Origin: Lama glama
Lineage: Eukaryota
Direction: 5' to 3'
Assembly: GCA_028534125.1 (NCBI GenBank)
Contig: CM052828.1
Span: forward strand, 558,001 to 622,000
Length of the DNA stretch: 64,000 bases
Part shown: positions 62,405 through 64,000 of the stretch, piece after piece
Position numbering within the stretch: position 1 is the stretch's first letter
How the letters are laid out: each line of letters begins with the position of its first letter
The notes under the pieces: generated by a model
Told to the model about the DNA's origin: nothing
Database searches by the model: none
Seen by the model: the letters and a program-made list of their open reading frames with translations, nothing else
Program-made: the position numbers and the translations under genes

Positions 62405-62555
62405 CCAGAGCCAGGTCCAGTTCAGCCCACGGCCCACAGCTAAGAGTGACTTTCCCATTTCTGAAGGGCTGTAAATATGCAAGAGACTGGACGCAGCTCT
62501 CAAGGCCTGAAATATTTAGTCTCTGGCCTTCCATCGAAAAAATGTGCTGACCCTG
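62405..62555. mobile_element. MER58-like hAT-Charlie element
   Basis: ggcccacagctaagagtgactttcccattt..gcctgaaatatttagtctctggccttccatcgaaaaatgtgctgaccc. Confidence 0.75.
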
Positions 62556-63139
62556 TAATAGAGTAAGCTTTCCTAGCACACACGCCTCCAGAGGCCAATA
62601 AAATGCTATGGATACTGCCTTAATGTTCATTCTCAACCTTTAGACCATAAAGACTGTTTCAATGTGTTAAATGAATGTTTTATTTCTAAACATTAATGTT
62701 CAACTGTGAAAACACATTATTTAGCTAATCCTTGAACAGTGCACAGGTAAATGATTTCCCAGCCTACAGAAAATAGGTAGGTCTGTACGTGAGAACACAG
62801 AAAAAGCAGTCATAATGTATTATTAAGTACAAAAATCAAGTCGTAAAGCATCATGTCATGACAGGATGCCTCGTATTAAACGTTAGGTCTGTAGTGCATG
62901 ACGACAAGGGTTCCAGAAGGATCAGCACACCCCAGACTCCGCACAGCGCTCCTCCCCAGGGGCTGGGGGGCGCGGGGAGAAGGGAGTTCACTTTCTGCTT
63001 TGTTTAATCTTTATGCTTCTTTTTCCCCAGCAAATGTGAACCACTTTTGAAATTTCTAGGACAACAATAAAATGTTTGAATAAATGCTTTTCCTATTTTA
63101 AATATAAACATTCTGTTCCAGTTTATAAAAATAAGGATA

Positions 63140-64000
63140 ATGAAGAAACTACAGGGATGTAAAAGCAGAGAGCTTTGCTCCCACCCTAAAAACAAGAAAA
63201 AGCCAGATAAGTTACACGATCGTAACTTTTCTTGAAGCTAGCTGGGATTACGGAACAACCAAATGGCCTGAAGCCCAAGGAAGGACCCCCCCGCCCCTCG
63301 GAGGGGAGGCTAGAGGCAAGGTGCCGGGCAGAGCCCGGGAGCGAGACTCAGCAGGTGCCTCGAAACCAGGTAGGAAGGCGGCTCCAGTGGCCCGCCAACA
63401 GCTGAAGGCGGAGTGTGAGCTGGCGTGAGGGTGTAAACCGCCGGGAGGCGCCGACGCAGCGCGGCTCACACCCACCGGCAGGCTCTTCGCTGCGCCCCGC
63501 GCCAGGGCCCCCGAGAGGGGCCGGCGTGCACCCGCAGAGGGAAGGGCACAAGGCCCAGCCGCCCGGTCCCCGCCCGTGCGAGGCGCAGCAAACCGAAGAC
63601 CCACTGCCGCCGCGGTGGGGGCGGGGTGCGGGGAGGGCCCGGGCGCCGGCGGCGGGCACAGCAGCAGCTCGTCCCGACGCCGACTCACTTGCGCAGACCT
63701 GCAGTTCAGCAGGAAGGGGCGTGTCCACTTGCAGGCGCGACGCTGCTCACCCTCCGTCTCTCCTACACGATGTCAGCATCCCGGGAAGACTTCCGAGAAG
63801 CAGAAGAGCAAGGCAAACCCTCTTGTCAAGAGACAGAGCAGTCAGCAGAACGAGGCTCGCAGGTAACTCACACACTAGAACCATCAGGCAGAGAGTTTAA
63901 AGTACCCGATTCAACCGGTTACGTCCTCTGATGGCACAGAGAACAGATGCGGACTCTCGGCAGAGATGGAAACTACAAGACAGGGCCAAATGAAAACGAC
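63140..64000 (+). mobile_element. Ancient L1M 5' UTR/ORF1 start with CpG-rich peak at 63330-63740
   Basis: aacaagaaaaagccagataa.., gtcaagagacagagcagtcagcagaac, cagagagtttaaagta, gcagagatggaaactacaagac. Confidence 0.6.

Noticed and set aside
42844-64000. Search for CRYL1 exons 1-3 (GxGxxG NAD-binding region)
   Set aside because: Not found by eye; consistent with a long intron 3 extending beyond the window, not with gene truncation.

Overview
Mammalian genomic DNA, very likely camelid (alpaca/camel), judged from several Vic-1-type tRNA-derived SINEs and artiodactyl-type L1 3' ends. The only protein-coding gene I can support is the 3' half of CRYL1 (lambda-crystallin homolog / L-gulonate 3-dehydrogenase) on the minus strand. 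Exons 4-8 lie at 42843-42682, 37607-37413, 27068-26963, 21762-21656 and 21333-21220. All have GT-AG sites and join into one 227-aa frame that keeps the catalytic residues (S124, C125, H145, E157, N196, R231 in 319-aa numbering). The poly(A) signal is at 20776-20771. Exons 1-3 lie beyond the right edge, so 42844-64000 is intron 3. Bases 1-20700 are 3' flank which, by mammalian synteny (inferred, not visible here), points toward GJB6/GJB2 (DFNB1). The rest is L1, L2, CR1, MIR, MaLR/MLT LTR and hAT/Tigger remnants in a strongly GC-shifted background, and almost all ORFs in the supplied track are GC-content artefacts. Most interesting observations: (1) CpG-island-like peaks that appear to have arisen from AT-rich L1 remnants, suggesting GC-biased gene conversion; (2) a candidate L1 3' transduction of ~1.2 kb bounded by a degenerate TSD; (3) a young 91-bp copy 1240 bp from its source; (4) a perfect palindromic RFX X-box; (5) AT-rich non-repeat islands as candidate enhancers; (6) unusual CRYL1 substitutions. 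I do not see evidence for a wholly new biological system. Repeat family names are from recall of consensus sequences and need RepeatMasker/Dfam confirmation.
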